Source of the DNA: Limisphaerales bacterium
Lineage (GTDB): Bacteria > Verrucomicrobiota > Verrucomicrobiia > Limisphaerales > UBA1412
DNA length: 64,000 nucleotides
Direction of reading: 5' to 3'
Assembly (NCBI GenBank): GCA_050949405.1
Contig: JBMNFQ010000001.1
Coordinates: 985,160-1,049,159 of the forward strand
The notes under the pieces are model-generated. The model ran no database searches. It was given only the letters and a program-made list of their open reading frames with translations, and was not told the origin of the DNA. Below are positions 38,066-49,564 of this stretch, piece after piece (the stretch's first letter is position 1; every line of letters begins with the position of its first letter). A program made the position numbers and the translations under genes.

Positions 38066-40654
38066 ATGGCTGAGAAGTTGCCCATATATGAGATCGAGAG
38101 AGAGCTGGTGGCCGCGGTGGAGCGTGGCCGGCGGCTGATAGTTCAGGCGCCGACCGGCTCGGGCAAATCGACCCAGGTGCCGCAGATGCTTCTGAAGGGT
38201 GGGTTGCTGGACTCCGGCGAGGTGGTGGTTTTGCAGCCGCGGCGTCTGGCCACGCGGATGCTGGCGGTGCGTGTGGCCCGTGAGCTCTCCGTCGCGCTGG
38301 GGCAGGAGGTCGGCTATCAGATACGTTTTGAGAGCCGTGTTTCGGAGCGGACACGGATTCGTTATGTGACCGAGGGGGTACTGCTGCGGCAGATGATCCA
38401 GAATCCGGAGCTCGACGGGGTGAGCGCGCTTATCTTTGATGAATTCCATGAGCGGCATCTCTATGGGGATATCACGCTGGCGCAGGCTTTGGAGCTGCAG
38501 GCGCGGCGGCCGGATTTAATCCTGATCGTGATGTCGGCCACGCTGGAGCTCTCGGGCCTGCAGGAATACCTGGCGCCGTGCGAGGTGCTCTCTTCGGAGG
38601 GACGGGTTTATCCGGTCGAGATCGGCTATTATCCCCAGAAAGTCGGACCGTCTCAGAGGGGGTATCTGCCGGTTTGGGAACATGCGGCCGAGGCTTTTGC
38701 CGCCGCGGTGCGTCAGGGGCATCGGGGCGACTCGCTCATCTTCATGCCCGGCAGCTTCGAGATACACAAGACGCTGGAGGCTCTGAGGAATACCTCCGAA
38801 GCCAAAGGCCATATCCTCTTGCCGCTCCATGGGGAGCTCTCGAGCAATGAGCAGGATGCCGCCGTGGAGCAATATGAGGCACCCAAAATCGTGGTGGCGA
38901 CCAACGTGGCCGAGACCTCGCTGACCATCTCCGGCGTGCGGCTGGTGATCGATAGCGGGCTGGCACGAATACCGCGCTATGATGCGGTCCGGGGGATGAA
39001 TACGCTCTTTATTGAACGGATTTCGCAGGCATCCACAGAGCAACGGGCCGGCAGGGCCGGGCGGACGGCTCCGGGCCGTTGCCTGCGGCTTTGGGCTGAG
39101 CGCGAACAATGGTCACGGCCTCCGCAGGAGGTGCCGGAGGTGCGGCGTCTGGACCTGGCGGAGGTGATTCTGACCCTGAAAGCGGCCGGCATCAATGATT
39201 TACGCGCTTTCCGATGGCTTGAGGCGCCTGACGAGCTGAGCCTTTCGCGGGCGGAGACGCTTCTGCGTGAGCTCGGAGCGCTCAGCCCCGATGGAGCGAT
39301 TAGCGCGATCGGACGCAAGATGCTCGCTTTCCCGGTTCATCCTCGGTACTCGCGGATGTTGCTGGCGGCTCAGGAATATGGATGCGTGAGGCAGGCAGCA
39401 ATGATCGCCGCATTGACCCAGGGGCGAAACCTGCTTTTGCGGCAGGTGGGGCGCGAGGTGGAGGAGTTCCGTGATGAGCTTTTTGGAGAGGAGCACGATT
39501 CGGATTTCTGGCTCCTGATGCGCGCCTGGAACTACGTGGCCAACAATCAGTTTAATCTGAGCGCCTGCCGCAGAGCGGGCGTACATGGCATCACGGCGCG
39601 GCAGGTCCAGCCGCTTCTGGAGATGTTCCTCGATATTGCACAGCGGCAGGGGCTTGAAATCGACCATCCGATGCCCGATGACGAGAGCATCCGCAAGTGC
39701 GTACTGGTCGGCTTTTCTGACCGTCTGGCCAAGCGTCTGGACCAGGGCTCTCTGCGCTGCCTGCTGAGCCATGGACGCACGGGGCTCCTGAGCCGAGAAA
39801 GCGTGGTGCAATCGGCCCCGTTTTTCGTAGCGGCGGAGATTAGCGAAATTGAAGGGCGCGATAAGAGCGTCAGTACATTGCTCTCGCTGGCAACGGCGGT
39901 GGAGACCTCCTGGTTAGAGGAGCTTTATCCCGAGGAAATCGAGCTGGAGACGTTCGTGAGCTACGACTCCACGTCGCGAACGGTGCTGGCGGAGGAGCAG
40001 TTGCTTTTCCGGGGGATCGCGCTTGCCAAAAAAGCGCTGGTGCATCCGGGCGGCGCTGCCGGCTCCCGCAATTCCCGGGCCGCGGGGAGTGAATTCGCCT
40101 CCAAAGCGGCTGAGCTCTTGGCCGAGGAGGTACTGGCGGGCCGGCTGCAGCTCAAGCATTGGGACCATGCGCTTGAGCAATGGATATTGAGGCTCAATTC
40201 ACTGGCGCGCTGGTGTCCGGAGCTGGAGCTCGCGCCGATTGAAGAGGAGAACCGGCGGGCCATATTGCAGGAGATTTGCTATGGCGCCTATTCCTATAAG
40301 GAGATCAAGGAGGCGGATGTGAAAAGCGTGGTCAAATCGTGGCTTTCTTATGAGCAGCAGCGGCTCCTGGAACGCCATGCGCCCGAGCGGCTGGAGCTCT
40401 CCAACGGCAAGAAACCCAAGCTGGTCTACTCAGCCGATGCCTCTCCGCATATCGCGCTGCGGATTCAGGAGCTCTTTGACGTGAAGGCGGTGCCGAAGAT
40501 CGCGCAGGGCAGAGTGCCGGTCATTGTCCAGATATTGGCCCCCAATATGCGCCCGGTGCAGGTGACTCAAGACCTGGAGAATTTTTGGGTGGAGCACTAT
40601 CCCAAGCTGAAATCCCAGTTGCAGCGCAAGTACCCCAAGCACGAGTGGCGTTAG
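38066..40654 (+). CDS. hrpB: ATP-dependent helicase HrpB
   Basis: APTGSGKST, DEFHER, ATNVAETSLTI, QRAGRAGR, C-terminal RKYPKHEW; start set at ATG 38066. Confidence 0.95.
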   Translation: MAEKLPIYEIERELVAAVERGRRLIVQAPTGSGKSTQVPQMLLKGGLLDSGEVVVLQPRRLATRMLAVRVARELSVALGQEVGYQIRFESRVSERTRIRYVTEGVLLRQMIQNPELDGVSALIFDEFHERHLYGDITLAQALELQARRPDLILIVMSATLELSGLQEYLAPCEVLSSEGRVYPVEIGYYPQKVGPSQRGYLPVWEHAAEAFAAAVRQGHRGDSLIFMPGSFEIHKTLEALRNTSEAKGHILLPLHGELSSNEQDAAVEQYEAPKIVVATNVAETSLTISGVRLVIDSGLARIPRYDAVRGMNTLFIERISQASTEQRAGRAGRTAPGRCLRLWAEREQWSRPPQEVPEVRRLDLAEVILTLKAAGINDLRAFRWLEAPDELSLSRAETLLRELGALSPDGAISAIGRKMLAFPVHPRYSRMLLAAQEYGCVRQAAMIAALTQGRNLLLRQVGREVEEFRDELFGEEHDSDFWLLMRAWNYVANNQFNLSACRRAGVHGITARQVQPLLEMFLDIAQRQGLEIDHPMPDDESIRKCVLVGFSDRLAKRLDQGSLRCLLSHGRTGLLSRESVVQSAPFFVAAEISEIEGRDKSVSTLLSLATAVETSWLEELYPEEIELETFVSYDSTSRTVLAEEQLLFRGIALAKKALVHPGGAAGSRNSRAAGSEFASKAAELLAEEVLAGRLQLKHWDHALEQWILRLNSLARWCPELELAPIEEENRRAILQEICYGAYSYKEIKEADVKSVVKSWLSYEQQRLLERHAPERLELSNGKKPKLVYSADASPHIALRIQELFDVKAVPKIAQGRVPVIVQILAPNMRPVQVTQDLENFWVEHYPKLKSQLQRKYPKHEWR

Positions 40655-41640
40655 GGGGTGGGCGCTTCGGGGTTGCTCGCTTCGGCCAGTTTACGGCGTT
40701 CATCGAGGTTCTTGAGGAGTGTTTCTTTGAGCTCCTGATGCTGCGGAAAGGTAACCGCTTCGAGTTGTTTTTGCGCCTCCTCGAAATCTCCGGCAAGGAT
40801 CGCCACCCGCGCATAGTGGAGGAGTACCGCCTGCCGCTCGGAGTCATCGGCGGCCAGCGCATGGGCTTTCTTCCAGTCGGCCAGCGCTTTTTCCGGTTCA
40901 AAGGGTGAGAGGTAGTACCAGGTTTGGGCCAGAGCGGTGCGGAGGATAAAATCATCGGGCGCCAGCAGCAGCGCCTTGCGGTAGAGCGCCTGGGCCAGCA
41001 GCAGCGCCGCTTGCGGCTTCAGATGGTAGTAGGTGAAGGCTTCTTCACGGAAAATATAAACCACCGAGGCGAGATTCTTCACGTAGAGCGGCTCTTGCGG
41101 CGCTTTGGCGATGGCGGCTTCATAGTAGGGGAAGGCTTCCAGCGCCTCGCCTTTCTGGGCGAAGTAATTGCCCAGATTGTTGAGCAGGACCGGACTGTCG
41201 GGATGTTTCTCCTTGAGCCGGAGCCATTCTCTGGCGGCATCGTTATCTCTGCCGATATCCATGAGGAAGCTCGCATAGGCCAGACGCCCCTCCATGCTCT
41301 CGGGGTGGCCAAAGAGGTAATCCTCATAAGCCTTTTCGACGGAGGCCAGCCGGTCGCGAATCCGCAGGGGGAGCGTGTCGTCCTGGAATGGTTTTTCCTT
41401 GTTGAGCTCCTGATGCTCGCGTATCCAGAGATCGGCCTGCGCCTGCGCCTGGTTATCCTGGTCAATGATTCGCTGGAGAGCAGGGTCGAGCTCCAGACTG
41501 GGAGTTGAGCGAACCGGAGCGCTGGCGGGTGCTGGCGCCAGAACTTCCGGCGCTTGCTCCTGGGCCAGAAGAGCCGGAGCGCTCATGAGGAGCGCCAAAG
41601 CCAGAAGCGCAATGCTGCAGAATGGTTTGAGCCGGTTCAT
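40651..41640 (-). CDS. Exported TPR protein
   Basis: Signal peptide; LNNLGNYF...AFPYYEAAIAKAP TPR pattern. Confidence 0.8.
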   Translation of the reverse strand: MNRLKPFCSIALLALALLMSAPALLAQEQAPEVLAPAPASAPVRSTPSLELDPALQRIIDQDNQAQAQADLWIREHQELNKEKPFQDDTLPLRIRDRLASVEKAYEDYLFGHPESMEGRLAYASFLMDIGRDNDAAREWLRLKEKHPDSPVLLNNLGNYFAQKGEALEAFPYYEAAIAKAPQEPLYVKNLASVVYIFREEAFTYYHLKPQAALLLAQALYRKALLLAPDDFILRTALAQTWYYLSPFEPEKALADWKKAHALAADDSERQAVLLHYARVAILAGDFEEAQKQLEAVTFPQHQELKETLLKNLDERRKLAEASNPEAPTP

Positions 41641-42146
41641 TGTTCGGGTTTTTCCGGAGGGATATCTTCGAAAGGGATATCAATGATCGGTTCGGAAGAG
41701 GCGGAGGAGGCTTTGCGTTTGCGCTCTTCAAAGACGGGCGGTATTTTCCGTTCCGGCTCCGAGTCTTCCGGGGTATCACTCTCAGTGTAAAGCTCCGGAC
41801 GCATCGGGAAGGCCTCTTTGCCGCCCGGCTTCCTGATGGTCCCAAAAACCGCGATGCTGCCGACCACCAATATCCAGAGCGGGAAAATGCCGACGCCGGG
41901 AATCGCCTCGGCGATCAGGGCCGGCAGGAGAATCATCCGCCAGCCCAGAATCATAAAGAGCAGGATCGCCGTGGCGAAATCAACCCCCAGACTGAAAGGA
42001 CCGGTGAGCTGCACCGGCGCCAGGACGACATCGGCAAGCCCGGCCACGAAGAAAGCGAGCGTCAATTGCAGGCGCGATATCGGTTTGCCAAAAAAAGGGT
42101 GCCCTTCAGGTCGGTTATTTTCTTTGTGGTCGCCAGAGCTCATCAC
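41637..42146 (-). CDS. Hypothetical membrane protein
   Basis: Three hydrophobic segments and a charged tail; 4-bp overlaps with both neighbours. Confidence 0.7.
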   Translation of the reverse strand: MMSSGDHKENNRPEGHPFFGKPISRLQLTLAFFVAGLADVVLAPVQLTGPFSLGVDFATAILLFMILGWRMILLPALIAEAIPGVGIFPLWILVVGSIAVFGTIRKPGGKEAFPMRPELYTESDTPEDSEPERKIPPVFEERKRKASSASSEPIIDIPFEDIPPEKPEQ

Positions 42147-44818
42147 ATCTGCCGGTTATTGGCTTTGGCGAGCAGTTGCCGCAGCACGTAGGGGAGAATC
42201 CCGCCGTGGCGGTAATACTCCACCTCGATGGGGGTATCAATCCGGCAAAGGACGTTGACCTCCTGGAGTGTCCCCTCGGCGCGGCGTACCCGCACGGTGA
42301 TCTCCTGCTGTGGCCGGAGCCCTCCCTCAATGCCCAGAATATCAAAGCTCTCACTGCCATCCCAGCCGAGGCTCTCAGCGCTCGTCTCTTCCTTGAACTG
42401 GAGCGGCAGGACACCCATCCCGACCAGATTGGAGCGATGGATACGCTCAAAGCTTCGGGCCAGTACCGCCTTGACTCCCAGGAGGGCGGTTCCCTTGGCG
42501 GCCCAGTCACGCGAGCTGCCGGTGCCATACTCAAAGCCGGCCAGAATGATCAGCGGCCGCCCTTCGGCTGCATATTTCTGGGCCGCCTCGTAGATAGGCA
42601 TCATCTTGCCCTCGGGCTGATAGCGGGTGAAGCCGCCCTCGACCCCGGGGACCATCCGGTTCCTGATGCGTACATTGGCGAAGGTGCCGCGAGTCATCAC
42701 ACGGTCATTGCCGCGGCGCGAACCGTAGCTGTTGAAGTCGGACGGCTCGATCCCGTTCTGGACCAGGAATTGGCCGGCGGGTGAATCGGGGGAAAAGGAG
42801 CCGGCCGGAGAGATATGGTCCGTCGTCACGCTGTCGCCAAAGAGAGCCAGTGCGCTGGCGCCGTTGATATCTCTCGGTTCCGCGGGCTCCGTGCTGAAGT
42901 GTTCAAAGAAAGGCGGGTTCTGAATGTAGGTGCTCTTTTCATCCCACTGGAAGACCTTGCCTGTGGGGGCCGCCACGGCGTTCCACTCCTCCAGCCGGGA
43001 GGTAAAGTCCGTATAGGCCGCTCGGAAGAGCTCCGGTTTGAGGGCGAAGCCGTAAAGCTCGCTGATCTCTTCGGGCGTGGGCCAGATATCCCTCAGGTAA
43101 ACCGGTTTATCTTCCCGGTCAAGACCCAGCGGCTCCTCTTCGATATTGATATCGACCCGACCGGCCAGCGCGAAAGCCACCACCAGCGGCGGCGACATCA
43201 GGTAATTGGCTTTGATGCTCGGGTGAATCCGCGCTTCAAAGTTGCGATTGCCCGAGAGAACCGAGGCGCAGATATAGTTTTGCGATTTGACGAGTGATTC
43301 AATCTCGGTCGGCAGCGGGCCCGAGTTGCCGATGCAGGTCATGCAGCCGTAACCGACCGTGTTGAAGCCGAGCTGGTCCAGCGACTCCTGCAACCCCGAG
43401 GAGGTCAGGTAATCGGTGACGACCCGTGAGCCCGGCGCCAGAGAGGTCTTGACGTACGGAGGGACTTTGAGCCCGGCGGCCACCGCTTTTTTGGCGAGCA
43501 GCCCGGCCGCCAGCATTAGGCTCGGGTTGGAAGTATTGGTACAACTGGTGATGCTCGCAATCAGGATGGAGCCATCGCCAATCCTCACCACCTCGCCACT
43601 CTCCAGAGTGAGCTCCTGCTGCGGACGCTCCCGTCCCAGTACGGCGGCGAATTTCTCTTTCTGCTCCGAGAGATAGACCCGGTCTTGCGGACGTTTGGGG
43701 CCGGCGATGCAGGGCTCGACCGTGCCGAGGTCCAGCTCCACCACCTGGGAGTAATCCACTTCGCCTTTGCGGGGGATTCCGAACATCCCCTGGGCGCGGT
43801 AGTAAGCTTCATAGAGGGCGCAGAGCTCTTCGGAGCGGCCGGTCTGCCGGAGGAATTTGACACACTCCTCATCCACGGGGAAGAAGCCCATCGTGGCGCC
43901 ATACTCCGGAGACATGTTGGCGATGACCGCGCGGTCCGGAACCGTCAGAGCGGCGGCACCTTCTCCAAAGTACTCGACGAATTTGCCCACCACCCGGGTC
44001 TGCCGGAGCAGCTCCGTAATCGTCAAGGCCAGGTCCGTGGCGGTGACGCCCGGGCGCAGCGAGCCGCTCAGGTGGACACCGACCACGTCGGGGGTCAGGA
44101 AATAGAGCGGCTGGCCGAGCATCCCCGCTTCGGCTTCAATACCGCCCACACCCCAGCCGGCAATGCCCAGACCGTTGATCATGGTGGTATGGGAATCGGT
44201 CCCGACCAGGCTGTCGGGATAGGCGACGCCATCGCGCAACTGGACGCCGCTGGCCAGATGCTCCAGATTGACCTGATGAATGATGCCGGTGGCCGGCGGG
44301 ATGACCTGAAACGTTTTGAAAGCCTGCGTACCCCATTTCAGAAGCTGGTAACGCTCGGTGTTGCGCCGGAACTCCATCTGGAGATTCTTGCTCAGCGCAT
44401 CGGAGCAGCCCGAGAAATCGGTCTGTACCGAGTGGTCCACGATCAGGTCCACCGGTACCAGCGGCTCAATCAAATCGGGGTCCTTGCCCAGAGCGACTAC
44501 CGCGCTGCGCATGGCGGCCAGGTCCACCAGAAGCGGCACGCCGGTAAAATCCTGAAGAATGATGCGGGCTACGACAAAAGGGATTTCCTCCACGCGCGGC
44601 GCGTTGGGCTTCCAACCGGCCAGGGCCTTGACGTCGGCCTCGGTTATCCGCTGGCCGTCGCAGTTGCGCAAGACCGATTCCAAAATCATCCGGACCGAGA
44701 CGGGCAGCCGGCTCACCTGAGAAATACCGGCCTCCTGCAAAGCGGGCAGGGAGTAGTAGTAAACTTCTTGGGAAATGGGGAGCTTCCTTTTGGTATTGAA
44801 TGGGTTTGTCATATTCAT
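42143..44818 (-). CDS. acnA: Aconitate hydratase A
   Basis: [59 protein letters not shown]. Confidence 0.97.
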   Translation of the reverse strand: MNMTNPFNTKRKLPISQEVYYYSLPALQEAGISQVSRLPVSVRMILESVLRNCDGQRITEADVKALAGWKPNAPRVEEIPFVVARIILQDFTGVPLLVDLAAMRSAVVALGKDPDLIEPLVPVDLIVDHSVQTDFSGCSDALSKNLQMEFRRNTERYQLLKWGTQAFKTFQVIPPATGIIHQVNLEHLASGVQLRDGVAYPDSLVGTDSHTTMINGLGIAGWGVGGIEAEAGMLGQPLYFLTPDVVGVHLSGSLRPGVTATDLALTITELLRQTRVVGKFVEYFGEGAAALTVPDRAVIANMSPEYGATMGFFPVDEECVKFLRQTGRSEELCALYEAYYRAQGMFGIPRKGEVDYSQVVELDLGTVEPCIAGPKRPQDRVYLSEQKEKFAAVLGRERPQQELTLESGEVVRIGDGSILIASITSCTNTSNPSLMLAAGLLAKKAVAAGLKVPPYVKTSLAPGSRVVTDYLTSSGLQESLDQLGFNTVGYGCMTCIGNSGPLPTEIESLVKSQNYICASVLSGNRNFEARIHPSIKANYLMSPPLVVAFALAGRVDINIEEEPLGLDREDKPVYLRDIWPTPEEISELYGFALKPELFRAAYTDFTSRLEEWNAVAAPTGKVFQWDEKSTYIQNPPFFEHFSTEPAEPRDINGASALALFGDSVTTDHISPAGSFSPDSPAGQFLVQNGIEPSDFNSYGSRRGNDRVMTRGTFANVRIRNRMVPGVEGGFTRYQPEGKMMPIYEAAQKYAAEGRPLIILAGFEYGTGSSRDWAAKGTALLGVKAVLARSFERIHRSNLVGMGVLPLQFKEETSAESLGWDGSESFDILGIEGGLRPQQEITVRVRRAEGTLQEVNVLCRIDTPIEVEYYRHGGILPYVLRQLLAKANNRQM

Positions 44819-44966
44819 TTTCGCGCGTGCTCTGGAAAAGAGGAGCTCCGCTCTTGGCCGCGGCGGCGCATTTATTTATCGGCTCCGGCTCCTCTTTCCG
44901 GCAAGAGCAGAATACCATTGAAGCCCTTCTTCCGTCCAATAGATTCCCTCCGCCTCCCTTCACGGC

Positions 44967-45261
44967 AACCACGGATGGACACAAACGGAAGAGGAACAGA
45001 AACCACGGATAGACACGGATGAACACGGATGTTTTTGATTGTGTCGGTTCAAGCTGGTGTGCGAAATAGTATCCGCTGGCATTTAAGTCGAAACAGAGAG
45101 TAATTTCAAAGACTCATTCTCAAATCCGTGCCCATCCGTGGTTACAAAATGAAATAAGACCTGCTATGCCCAGGTCAATGCGGTAAACGTTTTGTATAAA
45201 TTACCGCAGCGCTCCGGAGGGCACTTCACAATTCCGTGTCTATCCGTGTCTATTCGTGGTT
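44967..45261. repeat. Dispersed inverted-repeat element, mosaic copy C
   Basis: Stacked AACCACGGAT units at 44967 and 45001, an unrelated spacer, an internal terminus at ~45124-45143, then the 3' half of the B/D core and a terminus ending 45261. Confidence 0.85.
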
Positions 45262-45340
45262 CCTTCCACTGTGCGTCCGTGGTTTCTTATGGGGGCCGCG
45301 GGTGAACACGAACAGACACTGATTGGTAGGGGGGGAAGTA

Positions 45341-45604
45341 TTATTTGTTCTTCAGCTCCTGGACTTCCTTGGCCAGAGCGGCAAGCCCTTCACGGTTCTT
45401 CTGAAGCTCGGCGATGACAGAATCGTTGAGGTTCTGCAGTGATTGCTCGGTAGGCAACTTCGAGACGCTCATAGCAATGCGCAACACGGCAAAAACAATC
45501 GCAACGAGCAGAACGATGATGGCGAAAACATAAACGTTTCCACCGCCACAAAGCCGCGATACTTCATCCGTTGTCGCAGCCGCTATCATCATGTTATGAA
45601 TCAT
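45341..45604 (-). CDS. Small single-TM protein with coiled-coil tail
   Basis: 87 aa; one strong TM helix then an amphipathic heptad pattern. Confidence 0.6.
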   Translation of the reverse strand: MIHNMMIAAATTDEVSRLCGGGNVYVFAIIVLLVAIVFAVLRIAMSVSKLPTEQSLQNLNDSVIAELQKNREGLAALAKEVQELKNK

Positions 45605-45730
45605 ATTCTAACCTTTCTATTCTGAACTATATTTCAACAAATGAGTTTCACGCGCACTCCGATTTCGCAACACAACCGCACGATTCACTAAACTCATTGA
45701 CCCCATTATGGTTCTTTTTATCCACATGAG

Positions 45731-46780
45731 TCAATTATTTTTTTCGATCTTAGTTTTTTCCTCCGTTTTTTCCTTAAAGTCCTCTACCTTTTCCGACTTT
45801 TTTTGAGGCGGAAACGACTCCGCAGGGAGAAAACGCCTGAGCAAATTGCTCTTTTGCGTGGCATTCATCTTCAGAAATTCCTCATCGGGAATGGATAAGA
45901 GGTTTTTGATATAGCTCAAATCTTTTAAAATTTTTTTCTGGGCATCATAGGACATCTCTAAAATTTTTTCGGCGTCGTTCATTTCTTTTATTTCTGAGGG
46001 AGTATACGTTCGTATGTTTTTAGAATCATTCAGACGTGTCTGAGATTTTACTATTTCTTTTAACAATTCATCAGTTGCAAGCAGCTCTTCGTAGTCCTCA
46101 GGTGTACTTTCTTTGTCTCTTATCGACAAGGGTGATGTCCGAAAAAGTGAACGTTCAGATACCCTCCATAAAATCAATTTTTTTGTACTTCCATCAATCA
46201 CAACGGTGCAGACATCTCTGGGGGTATTCGAGTCTTCATATCTAGATTTACCCTCCCATTTCACGGTGAAAATGGGTGATTTCAAAACTGTTATAGGCCC
46301 AAATTCCCCGTCTTTAGGAAAAAAGGAATATTCATGTTGCGAGATACTGTTGGTGTACCCTGATTCTAACTTTGTTATATCTACCCCACCTAGAACAAGC
46401 CAATTGGTCGCCAGCCGGTAGGCTCGCTGTTTATCGATTTTGGATTCAATTAAACACAATTCCTTTCTTCTTTTTTCAAATTCCTCTTTTCCTTTATCAA
46501 AGCTTGGAAGATAATTTTTTATTAAAAAACTACTTAAATAACCATCTGAAAAAGAAAATACGTAATTATATTTTGGAACAATAAATGACGCCCCAATACC
46601 CGTAATTTCACCTTCTTTTAAATTAATAGTGATAAAAGCTTTATCATTAAGGGTGGCGCTCGTTATGGGCGAATCCAATGGAATACCTAATGTTTCACAA
46701 AAATAAGTGGCATGAAGCGTTATGAGCATCATGGCAACAAAATTGAATGCTATATTTAATGGATGTGAAAAAAGTAACAT
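45731..46780 (-). CDS. Hypothetical protein, partner gene of the secreted protease
   Basis: 349-aa ORF starting 21 bp after the 936-aa gene; hydrophobic N-terminus. Confidence 0.75.
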   Translation of the reverse strand: MLLFSHPLNIAFNFVAMMLITLHATYFCETLGIPLDSPITSATLNDKAFITINLKEGEITGIGASFIVPKYNYVFSFSDGYLSSFLIKNYLPSFDKGKEEFEKRRKELCLIESKIDKQRAYRLATNWLVLGGVDITKLESGYTNSISQHEYSFFPKDGEFGPITVLKSPIFTVKWEGKSRYEDSNTPRDVCTVVIDGSTKKLILWRVSERSLFRTSPLSIRDKESTPEDYEELLATDELLKEIVKSQTRLNDSKNIRTYTPSEIKEMNDAEKILEMSYDAQKKILKDLSYIKNLLSIPDEEFLKMNATQKSNLLRRFLPAESFPPQKKSEKVEDFKEKTEEKTKIEKNN

Positions 46781-46801
46781 AAATTCATTAAAATTAAATT
46801 G

Positions 46802-49564
46802 TTAGTCGTAGCGGGTCAAATCCTTACAGCCAGAAATTTTCCATTTCCTCATTCCATTAAACACAGTGCCAAATATAAGGCCATCAAACGCATTAAGACA
46901 TACATCCAGAGCCTCCCCTTGCATCCAGTTCCTCCAAAAGGATGATAGTGCACTTTGATAATAGGAACTCATATAGTATCCAGACAGCCAATACTCAGTT
47001 GGAACAAGAATTCCCTTCTCCCATCCGACAAAGGCTCTCGGTTGGCGAGCACAATCCTTATAATCCTGTGCTGTACGAATAGTCCCACTTTTAATGAAAT
47101 CGACACCAAAAGCCGTAGCCATAAATTTTTCGTAAGAATAACACGAATTTAATATTGTCAATTTATAAGGGCCTTCGTTTAATTCCGGCTTCATTGAGTA
47201 TTCCATGTAATCTGATTCTGTGTTTTTATTTTTCAGTAAGGTTCGGATATCAGAAGAGTCCAGATAGCTAGTTTCTGGATTTCCGGCTATGGTACCCGAA
47301 TCAGTCCCATGGCCGAACCAGAAAAAATTACCGCTTCCAACCAGTGCGTTCGTAAGCACTCCCTTATCAACGTCGGTGTCATATCGAAAGGCCGTGGAAA
47401 CAAGGGGTGCATTAGCCGGTTCAGGCAAAACACGATATGAATGGCTCCAAACTGCGCCGTTCAAAAAATTTATAACCCCATCCCTCATCAGATCCGTACG
47501 TTGTTTTACGAAATTTTTTCCATATTCATCCCAACCCCAAGCGACTGTGAAAACATTGGGATTCTGAATAATTCCTTCCTTTCCATAAGATTTCGTTATG
47601 GTTCCCACTTGATTTGGATTAGTATCAGGTGTTCCAGGGACTATTTTAGCCTTAATTCCTCCAAAAGCTAGCTGAATGCCAGCTGCATTGCAAAGGTTCC
47701 ATCCTAACAATAGCCGCCCATCGGTAACGGAAAATACTCTCTCCGTGAGGGGGAAATCGTATTCATCATAAAGATAGACCGTATAGTGTGTTTCAGTATT
47801 GGAGCTCGACAAACTTGCGTCAATGACCAGTGTACTTGAGAAACGATCGGCCACTGGGTTAAATCTCAAAGGATTGGATAGATACACACTTTTAGTAATT
47901 CCTGCGATAATATCTTCGTCTTCATCACCATATTCGATGTACATCTGGATATCATGAACCCCATTAGTTAAGTAAGTGGTATTCCATTTAAGAACCCATG
48001 CTCCGTCTCCACGTTGTGTGAGAAAAGTATTATCTACGGGAAAACCATCTACCATCAGTCCTACCGAATTTCTATGTTCTCTTATCGTTGAAATTGCGTT
48101 TGGCAAAGGAAAATAAACGTGGCCTGACAGAGTGCTTCCGCTGGAGATAAACTGTAAGTTAAGCAGATTATCCTGCACCCCGGGATGGGTTCCCAAGAGA
48201 TATTCTGCCAGATTGTTTACACCATCCCCATCAGGGTCGCTCAACGAATTAGTGACGGAAAGATTCATTCCATAATCAAGTAACCATTGTTGGGGGATTT
48301 TTGGATCGTTTGTGCTCATTATTTGCTTAACGGTTATCCAAGACTTTAACATCCCTCCCTTACCATCCGTAACAACATATTCAAAGCGGTCGTCTCCGTA
48401 ATACTGCGGATTCCTTTCGTAGGTAATGTTGCCGCCGCTATGTGTAGCTGTTCCGTATTTTGGTGTTGTTAGCGCAAATAAGCTAATTGTGTCATTGTCC
48501 GGATCGGTCACATTAGTCAAAACGTTAAACGTTGCTGAGAAGGAGTTTGTCTGCAGGATTAAGAGAGTCGGAGCCAGTTGTTGGGGTGGATTGTTTCCGG
48601 TTTTGTTCACAAATACTGTAGTCTCTCCTATACCTTCACCTCCATATTTGTTTTCAATCAAATACAAAAAGGATTCTACTCCATAATAATTCGTGTTTGG
48701 GGTATAAAAGAGCGAAAATGGAACAGATACCCAAAATCCTTCTTCTTGATAGAAATTTTCATAATTAATTGTTCCGTATATAGGATTTGAGTATCCTGTT
48801 ATGAGAAAACTTTCATCATTTGGAGCGTGATCATTTTTTAGGATATCCAAATGGTTATAAAGACTATTCTGCTGGACCATGAAATAATCGGGCTCGGCCA
48901 CAGGAGAAATATCGACGACACGGAAAAACCCCGAAGTATACTGATCCTGTCCCAAATTTCCAATCAGTACGAAGATATTCGTTTCAGCAACGAAAGATGT
49001 CTCAAAATCCCATAAATCAGGGTTGGGGACAGAACTGGATTGGAGCATATATTCGCCGCCTGCCTTAGTGTTATGAATCAGAATAGTTGAATTGCTGACG
49101 TTGTTATTATATGCGCTAACGCCCGGGAATATTTCCAACCATAGTCCGTTTGTGTTTAACGTGGGTAAGGTGACCTGAGGCGTTCCTCCCTGGGAGCCAG
49201 AAGCCGGCAAAGGTGGTAAACTATCGGGAGTTGTCCGCATCACAGCCTCCTGGTTCTCACTCAAGGAAAACCTGGTATTGATTAATTGGGCCGCATCTTC
49301 CGGAGTGTCAGCAACCAAATATTTTCCATCGGCTCGTAAATAAACAGGTATTTCCCAATCCGAAGGATAGGGAGAACAGGGATAGGGAGGATAAATCACC
49401 CCTTTACTGTCAGCCGAGAGAAGATAAAACGTCCCCGAAGAAGGAGGGAAAACTCTTTGAAGGTTTTCATCTCCCTGAGATGTTTGGGCTAAAGCACACA
49501 GTTGGAATATCACAGCCGAGAAAAAAGCGATGAAAATCTTTTTGTTTTGTGTTCTGGTTTTCAT
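46802..49564 (-). CDS. Large secreted protein: cadherin/Ig-like repeats, TSP3-like Ca motif, C-terminal clan CD (caspase/gingipain-like) peptidase
   Basis: Signal peptide from ATG 49564; TDPDNDTI/TDGKGG Ig repeats; DPDGDGVNNLAEY; FWFGHG ... LTILNSCYS His/Cys dyad, AFVGW. Confidence 0.75.
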   Translation of the reverse strand: MKTRTQNKKIFIAFFSAVIFQLCALAQTSQGDENLQRVFPPSSGTFYLLSADSKGVIYPPYPCSPYPSDWEIPVYLRADGKYLVADTPEDAAQLINTRFSLSENQEAVMRTTPDSLPPLPASGSQGGTPQVTLPTLNTNGLWLEIFPGVSAYNNNVSNSTILIHNTKAGGEYMLQSSSVPNPDLWDFETSFVAETNIFVLIGNLGQDQYTSGFFRVVDISPVAEPDYFMVQQNSLYNHLDILKNDHAPNDESFLITGYSNPIYGTINYENFYQEEGFWVSVPFSLFYTPNTNYYGVESFLYLIENKYGGEGIGETTVFVNKTGNNPPQQLAPTLLILQTNSFSATFNVLTNVTDPDNDTISLFALTTPKYGTATHSGGNITYERNPQYYGDDRFEYVVTDGKGGMLKSWITVKQIMSTNDPKIPQQWLLDYGMNLSVTNSLSDPDGDGVNNLAEYLLGTHPGVQDNLLNLQFISSGSTLSGHVYFPLPNAISTIREHRNSVGLMVDGFPVDNTFLTQRGDGAWVLKWNTTYLTNGVHDIQMYIEYGDEDEDIIAGITKSVYLSNPLRFNPVADRFSSTLVIDASLSSSNTETHYTVYLYDEYDFPLTERVFSVTDGRLLLGWNLCNAAGIQLAFGGIKAKIVPGTPDTNPNQVGTITKSYGKEGIIQNPNVFTVAWGWDEYGKNFVKQRTDLMRDGVINFLNGAVWSHSYRVLPEPANAPLVSTAFRYDTDVDKGVLTNALVGSGNFFWFGHGTDSGTIAGNPETSYLDSSDIRTLLKNKNTESDYMEYSMKPELNEGPYKLTILNSCYSYEKFMATAFGVDFIKSGTIRTAQDYKDCARQPRAFVGWEKGILVPTEYWLSGYYMSSYYQSALSSFWRNWMQGEALDVCLNAFDGLIFGTVFNGMRKWKISGCKDLTRYD

